NCBI GenBank assembly: GCA_038087875.1
Contig: CM075984.1
Location: 15,190,001 to 15,254,000 of the forward strand
DNA from: Malacoraja senta
Taxonomy: Eukaryota
DNA length: 64,000 nucleotides
Reading direction: 5' to 3'
A program made the position numbers and the translations under genes. The notes under the pieces are model-generated. The model did no database searches and was not told the DNA's origin. It saw only the letters and a list, made by a program, of their open reading frames with translations. Numbering within the stretch: the first letter of the stretch is position 1; the number at the start of each line of letters is the position of its first letter. This document shows, one piece after another, positions 1 to 12,650 of the stretch.

Positions 1-120
1 GCTCGATTATAATCATGTATAATCTTTTCGCTGACTGGATAGCACGCAACAAAAAAGCTTTTCACTGTGCGTCAGTACACGTGATAATAATAAACTAAAC
101 TAAAGGAAAGCTTGACAATT

Positions 121-600
121 GGATGGGTGCTCATGAGACTCAATTACAGTCAGTACTGTGTACAGTTTTGATCCTCTTATTTAAGAAAGGATATAGCAAC
201 ATTGGAGACAATCCAAAAGAGATTCACAAGGATAATTCCTGAGATGAGAGGCTTGTCCTATCCAAAGTGGCTAAAGAAATTAGATCTGTGTTCTCTGGAG
301 TTTAGAAGAATGTGGAGTGATCTTATTGAAACACAAAAGGTCCCAAGAGAGCACAACAGGGCAGGTAACAGGATGTTTCCACCTGTGTGAGAAACTCAAA
401 TTAGGGTAAGTCTGAAGAAGGGTCCCGACCCGAACCGTCACCCATTCTTTTCCTCCAGAGATGCTGCCTGACCCGCTGAGTTACTCCAGCACTTAGAGTC
501 TGTCTGAGGGTAAAAAATAATAAGATCGGAGGGCAGTCATTCAAAACCAAGACTTCTCGCAGAGGTTGGTGAATGCCTGGAGTTCCCTACCACAGAGGGT
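121..600 (+). mobile_element. Degenerate CR1 fragment
   Basis: YCVQF...RFTRIIP.M.GLSY...SLEFRRM..DLIET. Confidence 0.8.
410..506 (+). mobile_element. Penelope hammerhead-tail mini-insertion within CR1
   Basis: Starts at gtctgaagaagggtccc; 7-bp TSD agggtaa; core mutated (GAAC). Confidence 0.75.
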
Positions 601-1341
601 TTAGTTTAGTTTAGTTTAGAAACTGAAGATCTCGGATGTGCGTGTGTGTGCATATATATATATAAAATCTATATATGTATTTGTGAGTATGTGTATATAT
701 ACACACACTGAACTTTTTTTTCTCTCTCTTATTATATTGTTCACAGTGTACTATGTTTACATATTCTGTTGTGCTGCTGCAAGTAAGAAATTCATTGTTC
801 TATCTGGGACACATAGCAATAAAATGCTTTTGACTCTTGAAGTGGTGGTTTGACTGGGTGTGAGTGTACAAGAGCTGGACTGAGTCAAGCACTGTTTCTG
901 TCTTAATGGATGTGCTTATTCTGTGCAATATAAAGTTACACTAATTTGTTTGCAGGATTGTCATAAAACTATTTTCATATTGCTGCCAATTGTAAAAAGC
1001 TCGTAAATTTATGTATTTGCATTTTGGTTCTCTTGAAAGGATCTGAGAGTCAGGCTATTGAATCAGTCACATAAAAATGTACTTGATAAAGGATAGCACG
1101 CAGATCACAATTTGCAAAAATACTTTGCCCCGTGTTCTGGAAATGGTTGCAATATCTACCTCCCAGCGAGGGGCCTGTTTGCTACAAGGGAACTAACTGT
1201 TCCTCAGCGGTTATGATATGGAGATTTACACGCAATATATTCCTGACTTAATCAACATAGAACAGTACAACACTGGAATAGAACCTTGCCCATCATGAAG
1301 CCAAGTTAAACTAACCCCATCTGCCTGCACATGATCCATAT

Positions 1342-1375
1342 GTCTGAAGATGGGTCTCGACCCGAAACGTCATCC
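1342..1375 (+). ncRNA. Minimal hammerhead ribozyme motif
   Basis: CTGAAGA-tgggtctcgaccc-GAAA-cg-TC; stem I is weak. Confidence 0.6.
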
Positions 1376-1470
1376 ATTCCTTCTATCCAGAGATGCTGCT
1401 TGTCTCGCTGAGTTACTCCAGCGTTTTGTAAATATCTTCGGTTTAAACCAGCATCTGCAGTTCCTTCCTA
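1343..1470 (+). mobile_element. Penelope hammerhead-tail mini-insertion within a CR1 tail
   Basis: Hammerhead followed by ...gatgctgc...gagttactccagc...cagcatctgcagttcc. Confidence 0.75.
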
Positions 1471-1957
1471 CACATCCCTCCATACCCCGCATGTTCATCT
1501 GCCTTTCTAAATGCCTCTTATATAACAGGTTCAAGGGACCCATCATTTTGTGTAAAAACAAAATGTGCCCCATATTTTTCCTTTAAACTTTCCCACTCTC
1601 ACCTGATAACTGCTCCCTCTAGTTTTTGACATTTCTACTTTTGGAAAAAGAATCTGACTATGCCTCTCATACAGAATGCAGAATATAGTTCTCAGCATTG
1701 TAACACATCAGTTCCCAGGACAAAGTCCAATGCCCTCAATGAGATAGAGGTGAATCAGACAGTACCCTATGGAAGGACCGTTGAGAAGCCCGATAACAGT
1801 TCCTGTCAGTGATGTCCTGATATTCTAATATGTCCTTCCTAGGTGAAGTACTGCAGGGGAGAAAATCAGAACACTTGTAATTCAACATTTAACTTGTAAC
1901 AAGTGTGCTACAATAGATTGAATAAGGTTTGAAACAACCTGCTGCTTTTCCTGTTTA

Positions 1958-2360
1958 CAAGCGCTGCCCAACTTACATGAGGGTTACATTCCGTGAACCC
2001 TTACATAAATCAGATATTACGTAAGTCGGAATCACCATTGCCATCCTCTGACCTAATCAACTGTATTGACTCTCTTGGCTGTGTCCGCGGTACTTTCTGT
2101 GGCTCACAGCCTTCTGGGTAAGCGCCGCCGCCATTGCTGACTTGAGTTCCGTCTCGCCCTTGGGGCCCTTTTTGCAGCACGCGGCCTTCTGGGTAAGCAC
2201 CATCACCATTGCCGGCTTGTTTCCATTGTAAACGTGAGTGATCATAGAGTGTTGTGGAAATTACAAACTGCCTTTATTGTACTAGGGATTGAGTACAGAA
2301 TTGTTCACATAATGCGAGTTTAAATAAGGCTCCTATTGTGTAAGTCTGGGAATGTCAGGA
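1958..2360. mobile_element. Degenerate Tigger/pogo-like MITE
   Basis: Left end ta|caagcgctgcccaacttacatgagggttacattcc and right end gtaagtctgggaatgtc resemble Tigger-type TIRs. Internal duplication of gccttctgggtaagc...ccattgc. Confidence 0.45.
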
Positions 2361-2492
2361 TACGGGATGAGGGAATTGGTCCAGATGGAATATGAGGAAA
2401 TACTGTAAATCCATGTGCAACTGATGGGAGTTACTTTGTTATCAACAGGTGAGAGTCACACCAGTCACAGGGGAAGGAATGTACAATATATA

Positions 2493-4103
2493 CAGTGGCT
2501 TGCAAAAGTTTTCATACCCCTTGAATTTTTCCACATTTTGTCACGTTACAACCACAAACGTAAATGTATTTTATTGGGATTTTATGTGATAGACCAACAC
2601 AAAGTGGTGCTTAATTGTGAAGTGGAAGGAAAATGATACATGGTTTTCAAATTTTTTTACAAATAAAAAACTGAAAAGTGTGGCGTGCAAAAGTATTCAG
2701 CCCCCCTGAGTCAATACTTTGTAGAACCACCTTTCGCTGCAATTACAGCTGCAAGTCTTTTGGGGTATGTTTCTACCAGCTTTGCACATCTAGAGACTGA
2801 AATTTCTGCCCATTCTTCTTTGCAAAATAACTCAAGCTCAGTCAGATTGGATGGAGAGCATCTGTGAACAGCAATTTTCAAGTCTTGTCAGAGATTCTCA
2901 ATTGGATTTAGGTCTGGACTTTGACTGGGCCATTCTAACACATGAATATGCTTTGATCTAAACCATTCCATTGTAGCTCTGGCTGTATGTTTAGGGTCGT
3001 TGCCCTGCTGGAAGGTGAACCTCCGCCCCAGTTTCAAGTCTTTTGCAGACTCTAACAGGTTTTCTTCCAAGATTGCCCTGTTTTTGGCTCCATCCATCTT
3101 CCCATCAACTCTGACCAGCTTCCCTGTCCCTGATGAAGAAAAGCATCCCCACAGCATGATGCTGCCACCACCATGTTTCACAGTGGGGATGGTGTGTTCA
3201 GGGTGATGTGCAGTGTTAGTTTTCCGCCACACATAGCGTTTTGCATTTAGGCCAAAAACTTCAATTTTGGTCTCATCTGACCAGAGCACCTTCCTCCACA
3301 TGTTTGCTGTGTCCCCCACATGGCTTGTGGCAAACTGCAAATGGGACTTCTTATGGCTTTTTTTCAACAATGGCTTTCTTCTTGCCACTCTTCCATAAAA
3401 GCCCGATTTGTGGAGTGCACAACTAATAGTTGTCCTGTGGACAGATTCTCCCACCTGAGCTGTGGATCTCTGCAGCTCCTCCAGAGTTACCCTCTTGGCT
3501 GCTTCTCTGATCAATGCTCTCCTTGCCCGGCCTGTCAGTTTAGGTGGACGGCCATGTCTTGGTAGGTTTGCAGTTGTGCCATACTCTTTCCATTTTCGGA
3601 TGATGGATTGAACAGTGCTCCGTGAGATGTTCAAAGCTTGGGATATTTTTTTATAACCTTACCCTGCTTTAAACTTCTCCACAACTTTATCCCTGACCTG
3701 TCTGGTGTGTTCCTTGGGCTTCATGATGCTGTTTGTTCACTAATGTTCTCTAACAAACCTCTGAGGCCTTCACAGAACAGCTGTATTTATACTGAGATTA
3801 GATTACACACAAGTGGACTCTATTTACTAATTAGGTGACTTCTGAAGGCAATTGGTTGCACTGGATTTTATTTAGGGGTATCAGAGTAAAGGGGGCTGAA
3901 TACTTTTGCACGCCACACTTTTCAGTTTTTTATTTGCAAAAAAATTTGAGAACCATGTATCATTTTGCTTCCACTTCACAATTATGCGCCACTTTGTGTT
4001 GGTCTATCACATAAAATCCCAATAAAATACATTTACGTTTGTGGTTGTAACGTGACAAAATGTGGAAAAGTTCAAGGGGTATGAATACTTTTGCAAGCCA
4101 CTG
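2493..4103 (-). mobile_element. Full-length Tc1/mariner (IR/DR-type) DNA transposon, inactive
   Basis: TIRs of about 210 bp (cagtggcttgcaaaagt... / ...acttttgcaagccactg) with an internal repeat of tgcaaaagtattca; TA on both flanks (2491-2492, 4104-4105). Confidence 0.95.
2711..3724 (-). pseudogene. Tc1 DD34E transposase pseudogene
   Basis: One frame reads MKPKEHTRQVRDKVVEKFKAG*GYKKIS...GRPPKL...WSDETK...WGCF...FQQGNDPKH...SPDLNPIENL*QDLK...KGGSTKY*. Two in-frame stops, and the second catalytic Asp is changed to Gly. Confidence 0.93.
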
Positions 4104-4778
4104 TAGGTTACTCCATGCGTGACTGTGGGTGTTCCTCCCTGATCAAAATGGTGGAAGTCGTTAAACTGGGAATAATTTGGTTCTTAAATGTGTGGGGTCG
4201 TTACATTCTAGGAGTGGCACTCTCCCTGACAAAACTATGTGAGAATTGTTTCATGCGTGACACTGTGAAAGTTTCTCTGTACTCAAGAGGTGGCAATTAC
4301 TGTACCTCCTACCTTAATGTACGGCAATCACTCCATGCAGTACCGTGTGGAATTATTTAATGTATTTCTGTTTGAGACTTGCCCTACATTAGCAAGTTCC
4401 AATTCAAGGCATTCTGGAGCCCATTTGAGGCAGTTAGTCCATTGAGAACGTTACAAAATGCTTGATTATTCAGCAGGGTGAGGGTTCTGTGGCTTGCAAC
4501 TGTGCTGGAGTTCTTGTTTGTTCTTCAAGTTGAAGAGAGGTCACTTGATAACACTGTGGTGTTCCTGTTTATTTAGCAGAGCAGGAATATTAAATCCATG
4601 TGTGAATTTATATGTTCAGTCAAGAGTGGGTTACGTTATGTAACCACATATAATTCCTTTTTACTCACTAGGGTAAATGGTTTTAAAAAATGGTGTGATT
4701 CATTTTGGTGTATTTATATCCTGGAATCACAGTTTGCCAAATGGTAGAAATGGTCTTTTTGCACACAGTGTTACAATA

Positions 4779-5082
4779 GTTTATACTTTAGAGATACTGT
4801 GGAAACAGGCCCTTTGGCCCACCAAGTCCACGCCGACCAGTGATCACCCTGTACATGAGCACTAAACACTACACACTAGGGACAATTTACAATTTTACCG
4901 AAGCCAATTAACCTACAAACCTGTATGTCTTGGGAGTGTGGGAGGAAATCAGAGGACCCGGAAGAAATCCACTGGGAGAACATACAAACTCCACGCAGAC
5001 GGCACCCGTAGTCGGGATCGAATCCGGGTCCCTGGCGCTGTAAGGCAGTAACTCTACCGCTGTACCACCACTGTGCCACCCC
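4779..5082 (-). mobile_element. tRNA-derived V-SINE (HE1-like)
   Basis: Pol III A/B-box head, V core ggagtttgtatgttctccc...tttcctccc, CR1-like tail. Confidence 0.85.
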
Positions 5083-5734
5083 AGTTACTTGCGACCACCT
5101 CTAATTGGCTTTTTGTAACACTCCCTGCGTGCAAATTAGACAGCTCAAAATAAAGATTGAATTTACAGCTGTTAAGAATCACTAACATTTGCTTCTCTCC
5201 CAATGGTTATTATCAAGCTGTAATATTGAAGACCATTATGCACATTGTAAACTTGCAAACTGGGTTGTGATGGATTAATGTTATTCAATAAATTAATTTA
5301 ATGGCGACAACCACCATGTCTCCCACATATTTTTATACAGTGATAGCCCTTGCAACGCTGCAAGGCCTACTATGCTTTATGGTATTAATTTGCATGGCAG
5401 GCAGTAATCGACGTGTGGTAGTGCTGAAAATAAAAGTAGGTTGCATTTGTATGGAAACTTTGTTGATTCGCTGGTTTGGGCAAATTTTCCAAAAGCTGCT
5501 GGTACTAAGGCAATGTTTTCCATGAGGAGCTTGTGTGTTGATGTTCCTGGGCTGGCGTGATTGCCAACATGCAATGGTTTTTATTTATCAGGACTCTATT
5601 GCTCTCTTGGGGCATTATATAGCTTATATTCTTCCAGAGGCTCCCACCCTCTCCTGGGTTTCCTCCCCTTTACATATCTCTCTATTCCACAAACACAGGG
5701 CAGGGAGTGAAGGGTGGGCATCACCATGAAGAAG

Positions 5735-5832
5735 AGTCTGAAGAAGGGTCTCGACCCAAAACATCACCCATTCCTTCTCTCCAGAGATGCTGCCTGCCCC
5801 GCTGAGTTACTCCGGCTTTTTGCGTCTATCTA
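5735..5832 (+). mobile_element. Penelope hammerhead-tail copy, core mutated
   Basis: agtctgaagaagggtctcgacccaaaacatcacc plus the tail. Confidence 0.7.
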
Positions 5833-5947
5833 CCTCGAAGAAGAGACCCAACTCAAAATGTTGCCTATCCATTCCTTCTACATGTTGCTCAGCCTTGGGA
5901 CTTCTACTTGAAAAAATATCCAGAACCTAGTTTGCTGTGACGAAGAG

Positions 5948-6685
5948 ACAAGAACTGCAAATGCTGGTTTACAAATAAAGACACAAAGTGCTGGAGTATC
6001 TCAGCAGATCAGGCAGCATCTCTGGAGAACATAGATAGGTGACATTTTGGGTCGAGATCCTTCTTCATCTGAAATGTCACCAATCCATGATCTCCAGAGA
6101 TGCTGCCTGACTAGGGTTGCCAACTTTCTCACTCCCAAATAAGGGACAAAAGGTCAAAATAAGGGACCAATTCCTGACGGTAATTTGTTGACCGACTCGG
6201 CCATGGCTGGGTGAATGATGAGTTGTCCCGGGTGCTGGACTGCACACAAAGCCCAGCCGGCGGGCGGGCCAGCTGAGGAATTTTGGACCGGGTGCCGGGG
6301 GCGCGCGCCTTCATGCACAAAGTCCGGCACCCCATCCAACTCATGAACCGATGATCGGCCATGAGAAGGATGGATGGTGGTGTCGGCAGTAAGCAAAGGT
6401 CTGAAGGTCGGACAGCTGGCCCACCTGCCGACCGACTCGGCCACGGGCGAGGTGCTGCTGCTGCACTCCATGGGCTGCACTATGTCGGGACCGGTGAGGC
6501 GGGGCCGGACACGGCGCTCCGATCCGACAGTCCCCTCGACCCGAGTAGTAGCAGTCATATATGGGATAAGGGCGCTCCCGTATGGGACAAACCAATTTAG
6601 CCTAATATACGGGATGTCCCGGCTAATACGGGACAGTTGGCAACCCTAGGCCTGACCCACTGAGTTACTCCAGCAGTTTGTGTGC
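5948..6685. mobile_element. Inverted pair of Penelope tails interrupted by a hAT element
   Basis: Minus-strand tail plus hammerhead remnant (5948-6067), then a plus-strand tail (6068-6111 and 6657-6685). Confidence 0.7.
6112..6648. mobile_element. Non-autonomous hAT-type DNA transposon
   Basis: TIR tagggttgccaact / agttggcaacccta; 8-bp TSD tgcctgac / ggcctgac (7 of 8); subterminal repeats aagggac and tacgggac. Inserted into a Penelope tail. Confidence 0.88.
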
Positions 6686-7660
6686 TATACTGGGAATAAA
6701 TGGCTGACTCTTCCTGCAATGCTCACAAAAGCTCTCTACAGTCGTGAAGTGTTGAATAAATGTAGAAATTATGATAAGAAGATTTGCCAGGACACCACAC
6801 CTGGTTGAAGAGATTAACATCTTTATAGTGCCTTAACATTGCTGATTTTACTTGACTCTGTGTAAATTGGACATGGTCTTCTTCCCCTGAGAAACCTGAT
6901 CCAAGAGAAAAAAGAGAGGACAGGACAGGATGATCAGGACAGAAGGCTGAAAAATTCCAAAGGATGTGAGTAAGAACTTAAGTATCTCCAGTGAGATTAA
7001 ATAGGAGCTCAGGAAGATTAGTGTCAGGGGTTATGGGGAGAAGGCAGGAGAATGGGATTGAGAGGGAAAGATAGATCAGCCAAGATTGAATGACGGAGTA
7101 GATTTGATGGGCCACGTGGTCTAATTCTGCTCCCATAGCTTATGTACTATGACATGCTGTGGAAGTATTCCAGTACGTGTGAGCATGTTGAGTGAGAGTG
7201 ATTACTGTTGTGACAACTAACTAGGGTGGAACAGCAAAGGGCAGATGGTGACACAACCTCTTCTTGCGTATGGCCGTGCACAGCCTAAAGTTGTGAGACA
7301 ACTTGTTCTGTTTGATCTTCTCTTTGTGCACGCCAGGTTGATTGCATTAGTTGAAATAGGGTGGACCACGTGAAGGTTGCAATCTCCCACCCCGTGGCAC
7401 AACTGAGGACATTACAAATAAGCTTTCTATGGAGACAGAGCATTTGTTCTCCATCAAAGCCAGATTATGCATAGTGATAGTAAAACCAACATCCTGTTAA
7501 ATTAGATACAAACAGGGAAATACATCATTTGAAGATGCTTCATTTTGCAAGGAGACTGCTATACTACATTCTGATCATAACTGCTGCTCAACAAAATGAA
7601 TACAGTGCTTGTGTCTGCCAAAGATCCTGTCGTTTTGAATCTTTCCTCTATTAGATCCTT

Positions 7661-7700
7661 ATAGGTCTGAAGAGGGGTTTCGGCCCGAAATGTTGCCTAT
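7661..7700 (+). ncRNA. Minimal type I hammerhead ribozyme motif (Penelope-associated)
   Basis: ataggt-CTGAAGA-ggggtttcggccc-GAAA-tg-TT-gcctat: 6-bp stem I (one G.U), stem II and intact core. Confidence 0.75.
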
Positions 7701-7757
7701 TTCCTTCGCTCCATAGATTCTGCCGCACCCGCTGAGTTTCTCCAGCATTTTTGTCTA
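7666..7757 (+). mobile_element. Penelope hammerhead mini-insertion of about 92 bp
   Basis: Flanked by the direct repeat ccttatagg (7657-7665, 7758-7766). Confidence 0.8.
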
Positions 7758-7969
7758 CCTTATAGGACTGAGCTGTGTGCAAAGTGGGTGTGGTTGATTT
7801 GAGCAGTATTGAAGATATAATTTGTCATCCCTGGTGCTAAAAGTTAACATCAATCCTGATTTCAGCAGAGGTGTAGGTAACATTGCTTTGTTCAAGTAAC
7901 CAGTGAAGGACTGACTTCTGTAGTCTATAGACTCTTTAGTGTTGCTCCTTGTAAATGAAAGTAATAGGA

Positions 7970-8823
7970 CAAGGACAAAGGACAAAGGACATTTATTGTC
8001 ACAAACACCAATTGGTGCAATGAAATTTGAGTTACCATGCAGCACACAAATAAGATAAACACAACACTATAGAATTTAACATAAAACATAAAATCATCCC
8101 CCCACAGCGGAATCAACGTTTCCCACTGTGAGGGAAGGCAACAAAGTTCATTCCTCTTCCTCTTGTTCACCCGTGGTCAGGGCCTATTGAGGCCTCCGCA
8201 GTCGCCGCAACGGCGGCCCCGATGTTCAGGCCCTCTCGCCGGAATGATGGAACTCTGGCCTCGGAACAGAAGAACACTCTCAGCAGCTTGGAGTTTCTTA
8301 ATCGGCCGCTTCCGACCGGAGACCGCGGCTCCTGAAGTCCACAGGCCGAGCTGGGTGGAGCTCCAACACTGGCGATCCTCGGCCAAAGATCCCCGGCCTC
8401 CGGGATGTTAAAGTCAACGCCGCCCGCAGCTGGAAGTTCCGCAGACCACAGCTCCAAGGTGTTAAAGCCGGCAGGCCCAACACTCCGGAGCTCCAACACA
8501 GAGATCCCGGTAAGGCATCGCCCGCTCCGCGATGGTAATTCAGTGTTGCACCGCTGCTGAATCTCTGACCGGTCTCCGGCAGGAAAGGCCGCGCCAATCC
8601 AGATGGTGGGCCGCGAGGGGGGGGCGAAGATGCGGCTCGGAGAAAAGACACATCATCGACCAGGTAGTGACTGAGAAGACGGTTTCCCCTTCCCACCCCC
8701 CACCCCCCAAAAGACTAAAAGACCTCCAGAAATAAACTTTTAGACAGACTAAAAATAACAAAATGGATGAAAGGACAGACAGCTGCTGGCGAGGCTGCCA
8801 TACTCAATGACGCCACCACTCGA
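7970..8823 (-). mobile_element. Non-autonomous, CpG-rich retroposon with a Rex1-like tail
   Basis: Minus strand ends gtgacaataaatgtcc(tttgtcc)n; direct repeat aatagga on both flanks; no coherent ORF. Confidence 0.6.
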
Positions 8824-10163
8824 AATAGGAGGTAATTTATCAGCAGGTACGTCCATTACTGAAGACAACGAGCTCTCAACTAACTTAAGTCCAATATTAT
8901 CAAAAATGATAGGGCTCTTAAAAATAACGGAGTCAGGGGATATGGGGAGAAGGCAGGAACAGGGTACTGATTGGGGATGATCAGCCATGATCACATTGAA
9001 TGGCGGTGCTGGATCGAAGGGCCGAATGGCCTACTCCTGCACCTATTGTCTATTGTCTATTATCAATGTATAGTGAATAAAATTCTGTTAAAAATAATTT
9101 CAAAGACATTTGGACTGGTGCATGGAGGGATATGGGCCAAATGCGCGCAGGTGGGGCTGGTGTAAATGGGGCATCTTGGTTGGCATGGGTAAGTTGGGCC
9201 AAAGAGCCTGTTTCCATGCTTTATGACTCTAGTAACTCACTCGATCACTTGGTTGCTTTATTCACTGAACTCTCTGACTTTTTCTGAATCATCTCCAAGA
9301 CGTTCAACACAGTCTAGCCTATCTATGTTACGATTAGGCACATGTTGTTCACATTATGTTGGACCGACATCAGTGAGTCCATATGTTCTGTAACATCTCT
9401 CATAGGAGCTTCAGAATTGCCTCCATATTGCAATGCGATCCTGTGTTTAAAGCATCCAGCTCAAGCCAAAACTGGTTCAGGTTCTCTAAACAACAAGAGT
9501 CATGTATACACTGCCATTCCACAGACCTCCTCTGTCCACATGGTCTATGCCAGATTCAATTAGCATCACCTCGCTTACAGCACTTAGTGCAGAACCTTTT
9601 GCTCCTCACCTCTTGCAGTAGCACGCTGTTGTCCTGAAACCTTTGTGAACCAGCACTTTTATCCTGTAAAGGGATTACAAATTACCTCTGAACTGATTGC
9701 CACTGAGCTCCGTGAATCGTCCCATTGTCCCCAAGAGCTTAGGAAGTGCAGTGAAAGAGGGAGATTAGAGAAAAAAGGCAAGGAGCACTGTGAATGAAAG
9801 TGACTACAGAGCCACGAGAAGCCATTGTTCCCATTGTCCCATTAACAAACCGATGACTTTGACGAGCTGCTTATAATGGACTCTCTTTCACTATCCCAGG
9901 AGACGGAGCATCTTTCTCTCTGGGAGACCTCGTTCTGGGTCTATTTCTCTGACCAGTTCATTGACTCACTTTGCTTTTCTTCAACCACGTGCTAGCCTCT
10001 GCTTCCGCATTAATACCTTGTGCAATAATGCATCATTATAATGCGTCATGGCAATGCCTGCCTCACTTGCAAACTATTAATGGCAGACAGCTAAGCAGTC
10101 GACATTGTGAACCCATGGCTGATAAAGAATGTCCACAATATGCTCTTTATTGTCTGAAGGTAT

Positions 10164-10476
10164 GTTTAGTTTAGAAATACAACGTGGAAACAGGCCCTTC
10201 AGCCCACCAAGTCCACACCAACCATTCACCCGCATATTAATTCTACGGTATCCTACTTTTGAATCCTACACACTAGGGGGAATTTACAGAAGCCAATTAA
10301 CCTACAAACTTGCATGTCTTTGGAATGTGGGCGGAAACCGGAGCACCCGGAGAAAACCCACAAGGTCACACGGAGAACATACAAACTCCGCACAGGCAGC
10401 ACCTGTAGTCAGGATCGAACCCGGGCCTCTGGCGCTGTGAGGCAGCAACTCTACCACTGCACCGCCGTGCTGCCCC
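10164..10476 (-). mobile_element. V-SINE (HE1-like)
   Basis: Same consensus, (taaac)n tail. Confidence 0.85.
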
Positions 10477-11222
10477 TTATTAATCTTTATTAATGTCACC
10501 TATTCAATGTGATCATGGCTGATCATCCACTTCTGAGGAAATCATAAAAAAAGCACACAGTAACTGGAGTAACTCAGTGGGTTGGGCAGCATCTCCAGAG
10601 AACATGGATAAGTGACATTTTGGATCGCAACCCTACTTCTGAGTAAATCATTTTTACCCAATCTCTGCTCTGCAGCCTCACCCAGCTGTGTGTCACCGTA
10701 ACTTCCTTTCATTTCCGTAGTTTGCAACATCTTGATGCGTTGACTAACCACTACCCTACTACCTTCCAGGCAGGTCTCACATTTAACTGCCCTGCTCCTA
10801 TAGATCAGCTCCCCATTGCTGCACTGCACCCATATTCTTTGATTCCTTTAATATCTGAACATCTAGTGGTCTCGGTCTTGAATACACTCCAGTGACACAA
10901 GCAAATATGTTTCATTGTCAAATGAGAAGAGTTTAAAAGGCCAGGCTCATAAATCCTTGAGATTAGAGATGACTCATTCAAACATACAAAATTCTTACAG
11001 GGCTTGATAGAGGAAATGCATGGATGATGATTTCTCCTGTCTGCAATGTCTGGAACAAAGGATCATATTCTAAAAATAAGAGGGGTGTCATTCATGCAGA
11101 GGTGGGATTCATTTTTTTCACCTCAAAAGGTGATAGAAGAAGGGACGGTTCAGTCAGCAAATTATATTTGACACGGAGATCCTCCCGCAAAGGGTGGTGA
11201 TGAGCCTCTGGAATTCTCTATC

Positions 11223-11491
11223 TTTAGTTTACTTTAGAGATACATCACGGAACCAGGCCCTTTGGCCCATCAAGTCCACGTCGACCATCGACCACAATTT
11301 TACCGAAGCAAATTATCCTACTAACCTATATGTCTTTGGAAAATGGGAGTAAGCTGGTGCACCCAGTGAAAACACACACGGTCATAGGGAGAACGTACAA
11401 GTTCTGTGCAGACAGCAACCGTAGTCAGGATCGAACCCAGGTCTCTGGTGCTGTAAGGTAGCACCCATACCACTGCGCCACTGTGATGCCC
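11223..11491 (-). mobile_element. V-SINE (HE1-like) nested in a CR1 fragment
   Basis: Same consensus. Confidence 0.82.
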
Positions 11492-11974
11492 ACAACATCC
11501 TAGAAGGTTGTGGAGGCTAGGTCATTGCGAGTATTGAAAGAGGAAGCAGGTACACGTTTGAATAATCAAGGAGTTGAAAGAATTGGCAATAAAGGGGAAA
11601 TGACAGATCAGCTGTAATCATCCTAAATGGTGGAACAGGCTTGAGGGGCCAGGTGGTCTACTCCTGCTCCTAATTTCTTATGTCCTAATGCATTGATCCT
11701 TTGAGATTAAAGAAATCTTAAGGTATAGGTTTTGTGAAGGAAAGTGGTGCTATGTCGTTATATCTGTGTGTGAAAGTGTGAAAGATAAATCAGCAGCAGA
11801 GAAAACACAAATGGTTGAATGGGGTTTTTGTGCCTTATTTCATATATGTTTCTGTTAAAAAATGAAATATAGAAATGCTCAGCAAGTCAAGCGACATCTA
11901 TGGGGAAAAAATAGAGATAATACACCAGTTAATGATCTTTCATCCGTTTTTTGAAGGGTCGGATGGTGAGAATC

Positions 11975-12650
11975 TTTGTTTAGCGTATTATCCAAACAGT
12001 TCAGATAATACTATACGTAAATACAATCAAGTACAAAAGATAGAGCAAAGGGGAAGAATGCAGAATATAGTTCTCAGCATTGTAGTGCATCAGTTCTAGA
12101 GACTAAGTCCAATGTCCACAATGGGCTAGAGCTGAATCAGACAGTACCCTAGCTTATGGAAGGATCATTCAGAAGCCTGTTGACAGAGGAGAAGAAGCTG
12201 TTCCTGAGTCTGGTGGTGCGTGCTTTCAAGCTTCTGCACCTTCTGTCAGATGGGATCAGAGAGAAGAAGGAATGACCGGGTGAGACGTCTTTGATTATGA
12301 TGGCTGCTTTTCCAAGGCAGCGTGAAGTGTAGACAGAGTCATTGGTAGGAGCTCTGGTCTGTGTGATGGACTGTCTACATCTTGCAGTCTAGGGCAGAAC
12401 TGTTCCCAAACCAAACTCTGATGCAACCTGTGTATACTTTCTATGGTGCATCTTCAGAAGTTTATAAGAGACATTGGAGACATGTCAATTTTCCACAATC
12501 TCCCAAGGAAGTAGAGGCGTTTGTGTGCCTTCTTGGCTGTTGCATCAATGAAGTTGGTTCATGACAGATCGTTGGTAATAATAATGCCAAGGAAATTGAA
12601 GCTCTCAGCCATTTCCACTTCGGCACCATTGATGCTGATTGAGGCACGTT
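11975..12650 (-). mobile_element. Rex1/Babar-type LINE 3' fragment
   Basis: ISINGAEVEM.ESFNFLGI.ITNDLS...KKAHKRLYFL.RL, the C-terminal R.KRLKARTTRLRNSFF and the 3' UTR. Confidence 0.8.

Noticed and set aside
6129-6649. Overlapping ORFs in the hAT element
   Set aside because: GC-rich sequence open on both strands, with no transposase motifs.
8163-8761. Cluster of ORFs in the CpG-rich retroposon
   Set aside because: No recognisable domain; a consequence of high GC content.
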